The notes under the pieces: generated by a model | Database searches by the model: none | Told to the model about the DNA's origin: nothing | What the model saw: the letters and a program-made list of their open reading frames with translations, nothing else | NCBI GenBank assembly: GCA_964016885.1 | Contig: CAXHJY010001561.1 | Span: 14,800 to 78,799 of the forward strand | DNA length: 64,000 nucleotides | Source of the DNA: Eledone cirrhosa | Taxonomy: Eukaryota | Direction of reading: 5' to 3' | Program-made: the position numbers and the translations under genes | Shown here: piece by piece, positions 27,859 through 44,290 of the stretch | Layout of the letters: every line of letters starts with the position of its first letter | How positions within the stretch are numbered: position 1 is the stretch's first letter

Positions 27859-28151
27859 AAATGACCAGCTGTTTTCTGTCTCCGACAGGTTTGGGATGAC
27901 CAAGACACGCCGTATCCGTATGTCAATTCGCAAAAAGATGAAACCAAATAATATACACATACCAGTTGAATACTGGGGTCGCTATAATTGATTTTTTTTT
28001 TTTCTGGAAGAAATGAGCTTTGTTCAGCCCTTGAGAGGGGATGGGCTCCCGACGACAAGTTTTTTAAAATGCTCAAGACACGCTGTATGTCACAACGGAG
28101 CCCCTTCGACCCCATCAAGAGCTACGGATCCATGCATACATACATCATAAC

Positions 28152-28184
<33 letters not shown>

Positions 28185-28233
28185 CGTGTGCGTGTGTGTA
28201 AGCGTGTGCGTGTGTGTGTGTGTAAGCGTGTGC

Positions 28234-28264
<31 letters not shown>

Positions 28265-28549
28265 CGTGAAGAAAGAGAGAGAAAGGCAGACAGATAGATG
28301 ATATATATAGATACTAATATTGTTGATAAACATTGAGATGTGTGTTGTCGATTGCTGTCCACCCACGTGATATCCCCATATTGATTATAGAGATAGTTTA
28401 GAATAACATCTAGGTGATAACACTAGCGACAGGCGGTGAAATGGATTCCGTACGAAGTAATAAATCTGTATTATGAGATGGTTACGTCTTTCTTCATAAA
28501 CCTTATTAATTAAGAGATGGACAATTGCATTACGATATTTAGTTGTTGA

Positions 28550-29080
28550 TGTTGTTGTATAGATTCAAACCAGCCCTGATTGACCAGACCAGACCTATTA
28601 GAAAAGTCACTCCAGCCACGACTATCTCATCTCTGTTTCAGACAGTATCTATTTTCTGGGGTTTTTTTTAAAGATAAGGTGTTATTTGAAAGGGACTTTG
28701 CTGCTATTTTTAGCAGGTTGAGCAACCACATAGCGGCTTTCTTGTTGCCTCGGCAATTTCTAGTTATATTCCTTTATGTTCCGAGTTCAACTCCTCCCGA
28801 GTAATCTTTGCAGATTACCTTTTTTTTTATCACCCTCCACCAGCCCGAGTTTCCTCAGAAATATTAGTCGTTGTGGTTTAGCACATTAACTCCGATCAAG
28901 TAGACTTATTCCAAAAGACATTCCATCCGTGAAAATCCCGTTTCATTATTTATTTTTTATTTTTTTTTTTGTGGAATAATGTACCCTAGCTTACATTATC
29001 CAATATTCCTCCTTTTTTAAGACGGTGCTATTTGTGGGACGGTGGGAAGATTTGACTGCTATTTCTAGTATATCGAACAA
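28550..29080 (+). mobile_element. Two degenerate copies of an abundant old dispersed repeat (family N)
   Basis: CAGCCCTGAT..AGACCTAT...ATTCCA.CC...ATTTG.CTGCTATTT.TAG motifs, also at 60650-61750 and inverted at 37555 and 39190. Confidence 0.55.
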
Positions 29081-30137
29081 ATGGAATCGTTTCAGCTGTA
29101 AAATATTAGGTTCGGTCTAACATAGTCACTCTCCCAAAATATCAAGCCCTGCACCAATAACACCAATATCAAAAATCCTTTTCAATCAGTTGTAGAAAGG
29201 GAGGAATCCAGGTCTAAATCCTCTATCCTATTTAGTTACCGTCCCATTACATCTTTATAAATATCATAAAATCTATAAATTGAATATCAGATCTGGTTGT
29301 AGGACCCAAGTTATGGACCTCTTTGCTGTGGGCCCTGGAAACTGATCACTAATCCCTGATCTGGATCAAGCGAACGACAAAGATCTAAGACAGCAACATT
29401 ATCATACGCAACAAGAAGATCTGGCTGTAATTGTTTTGATAGACACTGAGCCCGACATATGGTCAACGGCATCTGTTTGATTTTTATAGGTTTCCTGGGA
29501 AATTATACTAAATTATTTTCTGTATAGTTTTCCTGAAAAATTATGCTATATTATTTTTCAGCTGTTTTCTTCAGATTGTTAAGAATTCTATTAATTTTAT
29601 AAGCTGTATAAGTAGAAGTTGGAAACTATGTCTCACCCAAGGGATTTTGTTACCTAAATAAAGTGAAGTAGCTCAAATCAAAAATTGAAATAGTTTCGCA
29701 CAGTAGACACGTTGGGATTATACTTTCAACTTTACATCATCCGTCTGTAATTAATAGAGCAAACATTAATTGTTTGTCGTTAAGAGACATGTGTCGAAAA
29801 GGCAATAAAAATCTAACAAATAGTGGTGTCATATAATTTCAATTTGGAAGCTAAAAGTCATCTGGGGTCAAGTCACTATTTGTTATGTAAGGTGAAACAT
29901 TCAAAGTAGGAGGTATTTTGACAAGTACTCATATAAATGCTGTCATGAAGGAGCCAGATACAGAATAGCCCTGCGATATAAAAGGGACGTAAGGATATCG
30001 TGATGTGTTATCACGTTATCACTATTTTGGTATTTTGCAACATCATGTTACTAAAGCAGGGTGATTCAGTAATTTTGTAATTCAATCAAATATTACGCGA
30101 TAATAAGCTATAGCTTTAAGGGATCGCAATCTCGTTG

Positions 30138-32051
<1,914 letters not shown>

Positions 32052-32089
32052 ATATATATATATATATATAAATATATATATATATAAAA

Positions 32090-32122
<33 letters not shown>

Positions 32123-32194
32123 TATATATAAATATATATATAAAAAAATATATATATAAATATATATATATAAAAATATATATATATATATATA

Positions 32195-32232
<38 letters not shown>

Positions 32233-32246
32233 TATATATATATATA

Positions 32247-32293
<47 letters not shown>

Positions 32294-32719
32294 GTGTGTA
32301 CATGAAATGTGTGACTTTTAGTGCAGTGGATAGGGAATATTGAAATGACCGAGCATTTGCCGAGATAAATGAAGTTGTAGATAGTGAGAATATGTTCAAC
32401 ATGTGTGTGTATGTACTCGTAACGCCTGATGGAGTCGTAGGGGAACAGTCGAGACATACCGCGACTCTTGGACATTTTAAACCTGGCAGAACCCATCTCT
32501 CTCCATAGCCGATTTCTTCCAGAGAATGAGGGAGAGGAAATGTAAGAGAAATGTAAGGAAATGTAAGAGAAATGTAAGGAAATGTAAGAGAAATGTAAGA
32601 AAAAAAAAATCGCCCTTAGTACTTGACTGGTGTTTTATTTATCGACCTCGAAATGATGAAATACAAAAGTGACGTCGGCTGGACTTGATCCTAGATGCAG
32701 CGAGCCTGAACGAATATCA

Positions 32720-32909
32720 TAATTGTTTCTACTTTTAGGCACAAGGCCAGCAATTATCCAGTGCATTACTGGTACTTTATTTTATCGACCCCGTAAGGAT
32801 GAAAGGCAAAGTCAACCTCGGCGGGATTTGAACTCAGATCGTAAAGGGACGTAACTATGCTGGAAAGCATGGCGTCCGACCCTCTACCGATACTGCCAAT
32901 GCACCGCCC
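32720..32909 (-). mobile_element. Full-length young Meta-core SINE with 17-bp TSD, nested in an older SINE
   Basis: TGAACGAATATCATAAT at 32707-32723 and 32911-32927. Confidence 0.92.
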
Positions 32910-33330
32910 TTGAACGAATATCATAATGCATTCTAGCCGATGTTCTAACCACTCGGCTAAGAACGATCAAAAAGTTAACTGTTTTCCCGTCAGTGAGAAT
33001 AAAATGCTAGTCAACCGTTTCACCAACCCATAAACCTATGAATCATTTTAGTCTCACTGTATGTGTGTGGACAAGTGTGCATGTGCTTGGGTGCGTTTTC
33101 AAACGTCTGTGTGCGTGTACTTGTGTGCGTGTACTTGTGTGCGTGTACTTGTGTGCGAGTAAGTGCACGTTTGTGTGTGTTTGTGGGTGTGCATGTAGGT
33201 TCGTGCCAATGTATGCACAACTAAATTTCTAAACCTAAGCGCATGCATTTATATATGAATGTATAATTGTATATATTATATAGTGGTCTCTATATATGTG
33301 CGTGCGTGTGTGTGTGTGCGCATGTTTTTG

Positions 33331-33371
<41 letters not shown>

Positions 33372-33402
33372 GTATAATGTATACATTTACAATGCATATG
33401 CA

Positions 33403-33546
33403 GCAGCATAGTTACGTCCCTTTACGATCTGAGTTCAAATCCCGCCGAGGTTGACTTTGCCTTTCATCCTTACGGGGTCGATAAAATAAAGTACCAGTAA
33501 TGCACTGGGTAATTGCTGGCCTTGTGCCTAAAGTAGAAACAATTAT
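33403..33546 (+). mobile_element. 5'-truncated Meta-core SINE
   Basis: Alignable to about 7936-8077. Confidence 0.85.
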
Positions 33547-33642
33547 ATATATATATATATATATATAATGAAAGAATAAAGACTAACACGGATAAGCTAT
33601 ACAGTAGGGTTTATAATATATATATATATATACATAATGTAT

Positions 33643-33723
<81 letters not shown>

Positions 33724-34274
33724 CATATGAACTGTTGACCTTTCAACATGACTGCAATTCACACACACATCCCTACTGACCATTATCACAACAATGAACC
33801 TCTTTACTACACACACACACACATATTTGTTTTAAAAGACTTATTTTTCAGTGACTTCTCAATCAGGCGAAAAAGGACACTCTTCGACAAACCTACATTT
33901 GGCGCAAAATCAATTTTTAACATTCACGTGACCTCTACCGACCAATCAAAATTGTTTTGACCACAAGAATTTTTGCAACATGAATTAGCGCGAAACTTAT
34001 TTTAATACCTCTGGAGCCACTTTTTTCACATAAAACAGGTAGAATTTCCAAAACTAATCAGATTAGAGCAAACATCACGGGCGCTCTATCTCAACATTAT
34101 TTTTGAAAAGCATTAGAAATGCGCAACCGGTAAAAACTTAAAACTAACCAATACTTATTACTAATTTTTACTTATTCCTAATTAAACTATTTTTCACTGG
34201 GAACAATTTGTCAGCATTTTCTTTTCCTTTTACCAATATATCACAAATCGTGTGTTACACCTCTATTCTTTTAA

Positions 34275-34361
<87 letters not shown>

Positions 34362-34366
<5 letters not shown>

Positions 34367-34518
34367 ATAATAATAAATTTGAAGACTAAAATCCGGTTGC
34401 AACGTTTTTTGAAATATCCAGTTCTGCGTTTACAGATTGACTTTGTTAGTTTCAGAAGATCCCGTTAAGGGTGAAAGCAGCGATTCTTTGCTTAAACTTT
34501 AATCTGTTATTTTAATAA

Positions 34519-34523
<5 letters not shown>
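34362..34523 (+). mobile_element. Family F element: inverted 3' end plus hammerhead-like fold (34448-34498, CAGAAGA core)
   Basis: AGTTT-CAGAAGA-T-CCC/GGG-T-GAAA-GCA...TGC-TT-AAACT; second copy 53110-53285; the end motif AGTAATAATAAATGTGAAGACTAAA also occurs at about 48802 and 48974. Confidence 0.6.
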
Positions 34524-34562
<39 letters not shown>

Positions 34563-35138
34563 TGTAATTTTGTATGTTTTCGGCGAACATGTGTACCAAT
34601 AAACAATAAAACAAAAACATCACTCGTGATATATTTCGACTGTCACTCATAGCAAATGTTATAGAATGTCCACTTCTATGACAGTCATATAATCTTTTCT
34701 CTAGATATGTGATAGCCATGAATTACACCTTGAATGTTGTTCTATACAACTCTGTGACATTCGCAGTGTATTCAGTCAAAGCTTTCCAATGACCCCCACT
34801 AACCGAATCAAATTAATTTACTGGGAATATTTCCCTATGTATGTCTCTTCATTTTTCACGTCTAGCTCTTTATTTGAGTATATTTTTTTTTATTTCAAAT
34901 GACATGACATCCCAGTATGGCGTAGTTTCTTTTGGCGCTTTGTTTGTTTGTGATTTCCACCATAAATTATTCAAAATATTATGTACCAAAAGCAAAGGGG
35001 AATAAATACTAAGCAACACTTCGTGTTCTAGTTTTGGTTTTTCTGGGTATTTTTCTATTGACATAGATTTGTGTCTAAAAAGCATCTAGGGGGGTCCTTA
35101 ATTTCATATACAAATATAACGTATATGAATACGTGTAT

Positions 35139-35312
35139 ATAATTGTTTCTACTTTGGCACAAGGCCAGCAATTATCCCAGTGTATTACTGGTACTTTATT
35201 TTATCGACCCCGTAAGGATGAAAGGCAAAGTTAACCTCGGCGGGATTTGAACTCAGACCGTAAAGGACTGTAACTCTATGCTGCAAAGCATGGTAGCCGA
35301 CTCTCTACCGGT
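35139..35312 (-). mobile_element. Meta-core SINE
   Basis: Alignable to the family consensus. Confidence 0.85.
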
Positions 35313-35839
35313 ATAATGGCTACATCAGTTTCGAGAATTGTCATCCTTTGGCCTTTTTCTTATACATTGTCTCTGATCGAGACGAAGCCTCGATCAGAGA
35401 CAACAATTTACTTTAACTTTATCATAGCTATCATTAGCTTTCTATTTAGGATAGATACCACAGCTTGAGGTCCACTATGTTGTTATTTTCTTTTCTTTCT
35501 TTCAATTAATACAAAACAAGGAAGATATATATATATTATATAGGATGTATATTGATATGTTTGGAAAATAGTCTTAACATTTCGGACATTAGTCCTTCAT
35601 CGAAAGATAGAATGGGAGGGAGAGGGAAGAGAATATGTTTGAGAAGGAGAAATATAAATGAGAAGATAGGCGAGGGTAAGAAAGGAAACGGGGAAGAAGT
35701 GTGAGTAGGAGAGAAAGTAAGAATGAAAACGAGTGAGGGGGAAACAAAAGAGAGGAACGGAGGAGTGGGGAGAGAAAGACATTGAGTGGGAGGAAAAGTA
35801 GTGGTGAGACGTGGGATATTGGTGTAATGCCTATTAATA

Positions 35840-36375
35840 TGCATGTGGGTATGTGTACATGTGTGTGTATGTGTATGTGTGTGTACATATGTGTGCACGT
35901 GTACATGTGTGTATGTGTGTGTACATGTGTGTATGTGTACATGTGTGTGTATGTGTACATGGATGTGTATGTGTGAATGTGTACATGAGTGCGTACATAT
36001 GTATGTATATGTGTATGTATACATGTGTGTGTATGTGTACATGTGTATGTATATGTGTATGTGTACATGTGTGTGTATGTGTGCATGTATATATATATGT
36101 ATGTGTGTATGTGTACATGAGTGTGTATATGTGTATGTGTACATGTGTATGTATGTGTGTATGTGTACATGTGCATGCATATGTGTATGTGTACATGTGT
36201 ATGTACATGTGTATGTGTACATGTATGTGTACATGTGTATGTATATGTATATGTAAATGTGTACATGTGTGTGTATATGTGTATGCGTACATGTATGTGT
36301 ACATGTGTGTGTGTATGTGTACATGTGTATGTATATGTAAATGTAAATGTGTACAGGTGTACATGTGTATGTAAC
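35840..36375. repeat. TGTACATG-rich compound satellite
   Basis: Direct inspection. Confidence 0.9.
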
Positions 36376-36698
36376 TGTGTGCCCGTGTAAGAGTAAGTAT
36401 TTTATTTATTGTTTTATTGTTTCCACTAATGAGAGCTTGTCTCAGCAGACTGTTCAATCATTTTCTTCTTCCTGTCCAAATCCTAAATAATTCTAATCTC
36501 TTTGCCATCATCAATCCAACATACCAACAACCTATCCTATGTTTTCAGACTAGAAAAGAAAAATTACCTGGCGTCAACCTGGCATGAGGTGGGTTCTATT
36601 TTTAGACCCAATTGGTTCAACTATTACTTAAAAGTCGGAGAAATAGGATTTACTTCCCTTTTTTATTATTTTCGTATTTGTTATTTTTTTCTATTTAA

Positions 36699-37375
36699 GG
36701 GCGGGTGATTGGTAGTATCGTTAGATGTTTTGCAGCATAGAGTTACGGCCTTTTATGATTTGAGTTCAAATCTCGCCGAGGTTAACTTTGCCTTTTGTCC
36801 TTACGGGGGTCGATAAAATAAAGTACCAGTCACGCTCTGGAATCGATTTAATCGACTTTTCCCTCCCTCATAATTGCTGGCCTTGTTCCCTATACTAGAA
36901 ATCATAATTTTTTCTATTTAAGGGCGATGGATTGTTAGTATCGGTAGAGGGTCGGACGCCATGTTTTGCAGCATAGAGTTATGGCCCTTTATGATCTGAG
37001 TTCAAATCCTGTCGAGGTTAACTTTGCTTTTCATCCTTACGGGGTCGATAAAATAAAGTACCAGTCACGCTCTGGGATCGATTTAATCGACTTTCCCCTT
37101 CCCCCAAATTGATAGCCTTGTGTCTATATAAGAAACCATTATTTTTTCTATATAAGATGCTGGTGGATTAGCAGAATCGTTAGAGTGTTTGACAAAATGC
37201 TTTCAGGTAATTGTTGCAACTCTTTAAGTTCTGACTTTAAACCACGCCGACGTAAACTTTGGATATCATCCTTTCGGGGTCAATAAAATAAAGTACCAGT
37301 CAAGTACTGGGGTCAATTTAATCGACTTTACCCTTCCTTCAAAATAACTGCCCCTGGACCTAAAGTTTAAATAAT
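36699..37375 (+). mobile_element. Three head-to-tail Meta-core SINEs
   Basis: Starts at about 36699, 36921 and 37158, each preceded by TTTTTTCTATWTAAG. Confidence 0.88.
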
Positions 37376-37973
37376 ATTTTCTATTTATTTTCTAAAACCA
37401 AACCGCTTTTTACTAAACGAATGTAATCGTGATTGAAAGGATACTGATTTCTTCAATACTTCAATGCATCAACTGATAAGCCCAGTTTGTATTCAACGGA
37501 GGACTTAGCTTGAATCTGGCACCAGAGCCAATCCCGGTCCCTGGACATTGTCTATTAACATGCTAGAAATAGCAGCTAGATTACAAAAAAATACGAGACA
37601 CATTCGATAATAGATTATTTGGAAAATTAGATGGTGGGAATATCTGGAACGCCTATGATCATATAAATTACTGAGTTCAAATCAACGCTGGGTACAGTCT
37701 CGCAAAGAGGCGATTTCGGATTTGATCATACGTGAATTTTAGTAGCAATTTCTATTTTTCTCTTTCATACACACTGTTATTGGATAGGTGTTGGGAAGGA
37801 CAGTATATCATGGTGGCGCTCTAATAGCAATAGAAAGAATAGAATACAATCAGCCTTAAGCTGATCTTTGTTTCATATGAGCGCTATTGGTCATTTGAGT
37901 TTAGTTGACTCCTCGGTGAACTTTTCTACTTATTTCAATAGATTATCACCACACCTCTCTATCTCCCCTCTCT

Positions 37974-38149
<176 letters not shown>

Positions 38150-38544
38150 TTATCTGACCAAACATTTAATCTACATAAATACATCCACGTACTGTTCACG
38201 AAATACCCACATTATTCTGAGTGACGTTCCGCCATTTAGATTCCATTGTCTTACAGAGAGGATTTCTATCACATGACTCTTTTATACAGGTGTTTAAATT
38301 AAACAATCATTGCAGGTGTTCTAGCTTTGTATTGCCATATGTTTTCAGTAATCTTATTTTTGAATTTGTAGTTTATAGTAAACTGTAGCCAGCAGCTTGT
38401 TTTTCTACCTATGTTGTTGATCATTCAACATACAATTTTGCTAAGAAACACTTCTTTTACTTGCTTCACTGATTGGAATGTGATCAAGCTAAGTCCTCAA
38501 TAGTCTTCGTAAGTTAAAACGGTAACTTTGGTTGTGACATAAAT

Positions 38545-38785
38545 GAACTTATGATATATTGTGAATGATATTGTGTAATCGGAAATTCTTGGAAAACCGT
38601 TTGATGGTCTGTACCTACAACTCAAAAGGTCAGCCATGTCATGTCATGTCATACACTGTCACGCAAAATTACGTTATGGGTACACGTATCTATTGAATGC
38701 TCAGACACTTACATGAGAATGTAATGAGCAGACTGTTTGTTTATCGAACAACTGGAACACTCATCGTCGAAACTGATGGAGATAT
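38545..38785 (+). mobile_element. Degenerate CORE-like SINE 3' part
   Basis: AATTACGTTATGGGTACACG...GCTCAGACACTT...AACTGGAACACTCATCGTC tail. Confidence 0.5.
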
Positions 38786-39514
38786 ATCGTAATTTCTGTT
38801 ATTAGTAAAATAAATATTATTTAAACCAATCTTTATTCAAATTCCATCACCTTTTAAACTTCCAGAGCCGATAACATATATTCTAGGTAAGGACTGGTTT
38901 TAGGTAACAGAAATACTTTGCGTGTTCAATCTCACCGAGATCAACTTTGCTTTCCATCCTTCCGGGATCGATCAAATATAATACCAGTTAAGTATTGGAG
39001 TTAATGACATCGACTTTCCATTTCCCCACAAATTGTTGGTGTAGTGTCTAAATTAAAAACCAATATTAAGTAGGAGAGCTGAGTAGCATCAGAAAAAGTG
39101 GAGGTTGAGTAGCCAAACCTGTTGCGAGCATTGAGCAAATGCAGCTGACGTCACAAAAACTTTCTTGACGCCATTTTGTGAATTTTCTCAATCTGCTGAA
39201 AATAACAGCCAAATCTCAGTCAATCTATATAATTTAGTACCTTTAAAAGAAAGGTAACGTAATGTGAGATACACTATATCGAGTGGGAAATGACAAGATA
39301 GTTACGGCTGATATACGTTCTATCATACGTCTGCTCGACTAGTACTGATCTATGGCTAAACAAAACAACAACATAAGGTAAATAAACAATAGTAGAAGGT
39401 ATTTTGATTAGGAAAATTTTCTTTTCGTTAGTGTAGACTGTCTATTTGTTTATTTGTTGTTATTTTTTGTTGTTTTTTTGCTTGCCGGTTTCCTTTTTCT
39501 TCCTATTTTTAAAG

Positions 39515-39612
39515 AAATAGATACGTACGTTGCGTGCTGATGCAAATGATCCGAGTCTACCCGTGTTAATACATCACGTATCTTCGTGAGTGGAAGCAAA
39601 TATGAATATCTG
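39515..39612 (+). other. Possible non-coding exon
   Basis: Polypyrimidine tract TTTCCTTTTTCTTCCTATTTTTAAAG and consensus donor CTG|GTGAGT; all three frames contain stops. Confidence 0.3.
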
Positions 39613-39649
39613 GTGAGTATTTCTTTGAGTCTCACTCTTATATATCTAC

Positions 39650-39705
<56 letters not shown>

Positions 39706-39945
39706 AAATATTAGAGTATTTAGTGATATGGAATGCTTAGAAAATGTAGAAAAATCTCGAATGTAAGAAAAACTGTGAACTCAACTTAGAAAATTGTGTG
39801 ATATACGCCAGAAAGCAGAAAAAAGTTGTGTTGAGGCCCATCTTTTTCCATTTAGTTGGTTTAAACACCGCGTTTTTATTAGACTACTTTATTTAGTCAA
39901 AGTTACGGCGAAATCTTTTAATTCAATTTTCAAATTCCACTTGCA

Positions 39946-40013
<68 letters not shown>

Positions 40014-40078
40014 ACTGTAACCATACCGTGTTTCTTTAAAAATACGAAATTTCTATATACACACACACAGACACACAG

Positions 40079-40128
<50 letters not shown>

Positions 40129-40234
40129 CAAGGAGACAACAAACAGGGGTACAAACATTCTTATTAGTTTCACGCTTTATATTGGAAAGAGGATACATAG
40201 ATATATAGCTAGATAGAGAGAGACAAACAGACAT

Positions 40235-40313
<79 letters not shown>

Positions 40314-41287
40314 GATAGAGATCTTTTACGTTAAGTTGAAAAATTACAATGAAATGTTAATTTCGTGTGTTACTATTCCCGGTAGCAGAGCGTATACTCA
40401 ATACGTAGGGCAGTTAGATGATACGTGGCTACATAATTGAACACATGCGATGTACGCCTGCACCAGTAACACGTCACAATGTAAGTGACCAGCTATTTGT
40501 TTTGATAGGAAAACGTTTGTCTTTCCAGAAAGTTCAACAATCATGTGATTTACGTCTCCGTCATGTACGTGTAGTACATAGCAATCATATCCACCATTAC
40601 TACTACCACCACACCACACCACACCACCATTTTTATCAACTACCATCAGCACCACTACTGCCATCATCAGCACCATAACTACCACTATTATCAATACCGC
40701 CACTACTACCACATAATAGTAACATTACCGCCAACCAAATATCACTATCAACATCATTATCGCCATAACCACAAACACTACAAATACCACCACTTTTCAT
40801 AGGATTAAAATCGGAACCTGAAAAAGTAATGTCTTCGGTGTAATTTTAAATCTTTGTGTATTTTATTCCGCCCTATTCTCCACAGGACTACTAATATCTC
40901 TTTTTAGATATCTATGTCTCACTGTGCTGAACTGTTATTTCTCATTGTTAAACTGTAATATACATCGAAACATGCAAATTAGTTTATTTTAATTCTTATC
41001 TGCGTCACACTTTTTTCATCTCTCTCTCACACGCACACACACAAACACTCGTCTGTATATGTGTGTGTGTAGTGTTTGTGTGTATAAGAAAGGTTTGTTT
41101 TTCCACACGGGCAAACATGTAGAGAAAAGAACTCTAAGAAAATTGATTTACAATACCTTTAACGATTTAGGGTCTGTTACGGCATAGCTCCACGTTCTTT
41201 TCATTTCACTTAACATTTGAAAATCAGGAAATTGCGAAACCGGTAAAGTTATTGTAAATAAATCTTAAAGACACCAAGTGCACTTTC

Positions 41288-41385
<98 letters not shown>

Positions 41386-41789
41386 ATTAAAGTTTTCGCT
41401 CCGACATAGCTGTATATATATAAGTATGTTAATTTTGTATATCTAATGATATACGGTATGGTTACGAATAAACATTGGGAAAGCTCTTTAGCTGTGAATA
41501 TTGAAAAGCTGGCGATTAGCGCCGTCTAGCGCATTTCAGAAGCAACGTGAAATGAAATGCTTTGCTCAAGAACACAACTCAGTTCAGGAATCAACCCAAC
41601 GACATTATCGTAAGAATTTGGGGTCAATTTTATATATACAGTGTGGGAGACAACAAACCTTCAGAAAAGATTTGTCCTCTTTACTATCTGTTGCTTGATA
41701 TGATGAGAAATAACACCCTAATTTCCTATAAACTATATCCACAGACTTTAAAAGAGAGTGATACATTATATAAAGTATGTATAGAACCG

Positions 41790-42470
41790 CAACTCTTGAT
41801 AAAGTCGTAGGGGTGCCGTATTGACATACGGTGTTTCTTGGGTATTTTAAGCCTGGCGGAGCCCCATCCCTTTCCAGACTTGGGGACAGCAGATTTCTTC
41901 CAAAAAATGATAGAAAGCGAGAGAGAGAGAGGAAAGGAGTAAGAGATATAGAGGAATAATCGACCCCAGTACTATACTGGTACTTATTTATCGACCTGGA
42001 GAGAATGAAAGGCAAAGTTGACCACGGTGGGATTTGAACTCCAAGAGCACTGAGCCGGAACGAATACCATAAAGCATTCTATCTGACGTTCTAACGACTC
42101 TATCAATTCACCGCCTTTAAATTGACTATAACCATTCCTCAAAGTTGTGCTTTTGTGCCAAAATAAGGAAACGTAATTATTACAGGTTAGATATGCACCA
42201 AAGTCTTTTCTAACCTTTTATCCTTCCAGAATCGATATAATCGATTTTTCCCCTCTCATCAAATTTATGGTCTTGTTCCTATTTCAGGAATCATGACTAT
42301 GGCAGTGGGTCTCGGCAGAAACGGTAGAGCACTTGACAGAGTGTCTTGTAGAATATAGCTGGGTTAATTTAGGCTCTGTGTTTAAAATCACAACTTTATA
42401 AGACATATAGTGGAGTTGATCTAATCGGCCCTACCGCTACAGAGAGAGAGAGAGAGTGTGTGTGTGAGAG

Positions 42471-42505
<35 letters not shown>

Positions 42506-42643
42506 AAGAGAAAGAGAAAGAGAAAGAGAGAGAGAGAGAGAGAGAGTTTAGAGGCTTTGCACCAATGTAAAACAAGCAGTCAAATCATGCTAAATTCACT
42601 CCCTATTGCCCACCAAAAAGGAAGGACACATTGAATTATGTAG
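41790..42643 (+). repeat. Dispersed duplicated block copy 2
   Basis: Collinear with 18975-19715. Confidence 0.85.
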
Positions 42644-43055
42644 TTTTATAAGACATATAGTGCCAATTCGTCGCCTACATTATATAATACAGTGAAAGAT
42701 AAAATATCTAAATAAAAGATTGGATGGCGATCGTCAAAATACATATTAATGTAGTTCTTTTGATGACTGTTGACCTGAGGTTAAACATGTATAACAACAA
42801 TTTCAAATTTCTCACAAAAAGATTCTACAATGTATTTTGTTTCTTTCGAATTCATTACTTTTGTGCATGTCAGCTTCATTTTAATTAATAATTAATTTGT
42901 TTCAATTATTTCATAGCTTTAATATCGAAAATATTACTGACAAATTTGCTTCACATATGATGAGAAAAGTTTAACCTCATAAACTTTGCACTCATTACAA
43001 TTATTCAATTAAAAAGTTTATACATACACACACATATACACAGACAGACAGACAG

Positions 43056-43110
<55 letters not shown>

Positions 43111-43131
43111 ACAGGCACAGACACACACACA

Positions 43132-43310
43132 TACAAAGGTGAGCTGAAAAGTTCATAGGCTGACTTTGAAAATGGGATGCTAGAGCTGTGAAATCTTGCA
43201 TGCTTTCATTTCAATTCTTCTTATTAACAACAACTGCATTGTTTCTTTCCAGGGACTATGTTGAAAAATAAACCTCATTTGGTAATTTCATGAGAGTATC
43301 TTGGTCAGTC
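43132..43310. mobile_element. Mariner-derived MITE remnant
   Basis: TACAAAGGTGAGCTGAAAAGTTCATAGGCTGAC resembles mariner TIRs (TACGAGGG..CTGAAAAGT); the right TIR is truncated at TTGGTCAG. Confidence 0.5.
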
Positions 43311-43321
43311 AACCTTTATAT

Positions 43322-43522
<201 letters not shown>

Positions 43523-43611
43523 CACACACATACACACACACATATATATATATATATGTGTGTTCTCTTTTTCGTGCAATGGCCATACTCGATAACGAGG
43601 GGGCAGCCATC

Positions 43612-43646
<35 letters not shown>

Positions 43647-43719
43647 TATACATACATGCACACATGTGCGCGCACACGTAAATGTGTGTGTCTTCATGTA
43701 TGTATTTATATAGAGTTAT

Positions 43720-44290
43720 ATCCTTAACCCCTTGTCCATCAGATTCTGTGTCACTCATCAGTCTGTCCACTCTCGCAATGTCTGACTTCTAACTGCCATC
43801 GGTTTTGTATCAAGTCTTTATGTTATCTTCATTTTGTCAGCTTAGCTGATTACCACCATGATGTTTCAACATCAGCGTCACTCTCGGTATTCTACCGCCA
43901 TTCGTTCTTAATATATGAGTCATCCATTGTAACCTTCTTGTTCTCAACATTAGCCTTAGTTTCTACAGTCCTGTTCCCTCGAGAATTTCAAAATCAGTTA
44001 TTAAAACCCTTGTATTTCACATACAGAATACAACGGAGGCACCTTTAATGAAATAAATTTAGTCTTTTCTCGTTACATTTGTAAAGTTTCTTAGTTTCAC
44101 TGCTATAGAAAAGAATCGACAGGGTTTTGAATGCTGATGTTTAATTTTAGTTTCCATGAGTTAACCCAGTCCACCAAATGTTCCTTCAGCTTCCATCTGT
44201 AGGTATTCTACTACCCAAGTAGGTTATATAGGGTACATTTTCAAAGTCTTCATCATTTACTGGTATCTTTATGCCGTCTTGACGTTAAGC
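43720..44290 (-). pseudogene. Decayed RTE-clade LINE ORF (C-terminal RT region)
   Basis: Minus strand yields, in the expected order, VNDEDFENVPYITYLGSRI, SILFYSSETKKL...FH*RCLRCIL and EILEGTGL*KLRLMLRTRRLQWMTHILR...RIPRVTL. Confidence 0.85.

Noticed and set aside
29600-30100. Possible Tc1-like transposase remnant
   Set aside because: No continuous motif or TIR pair could be read
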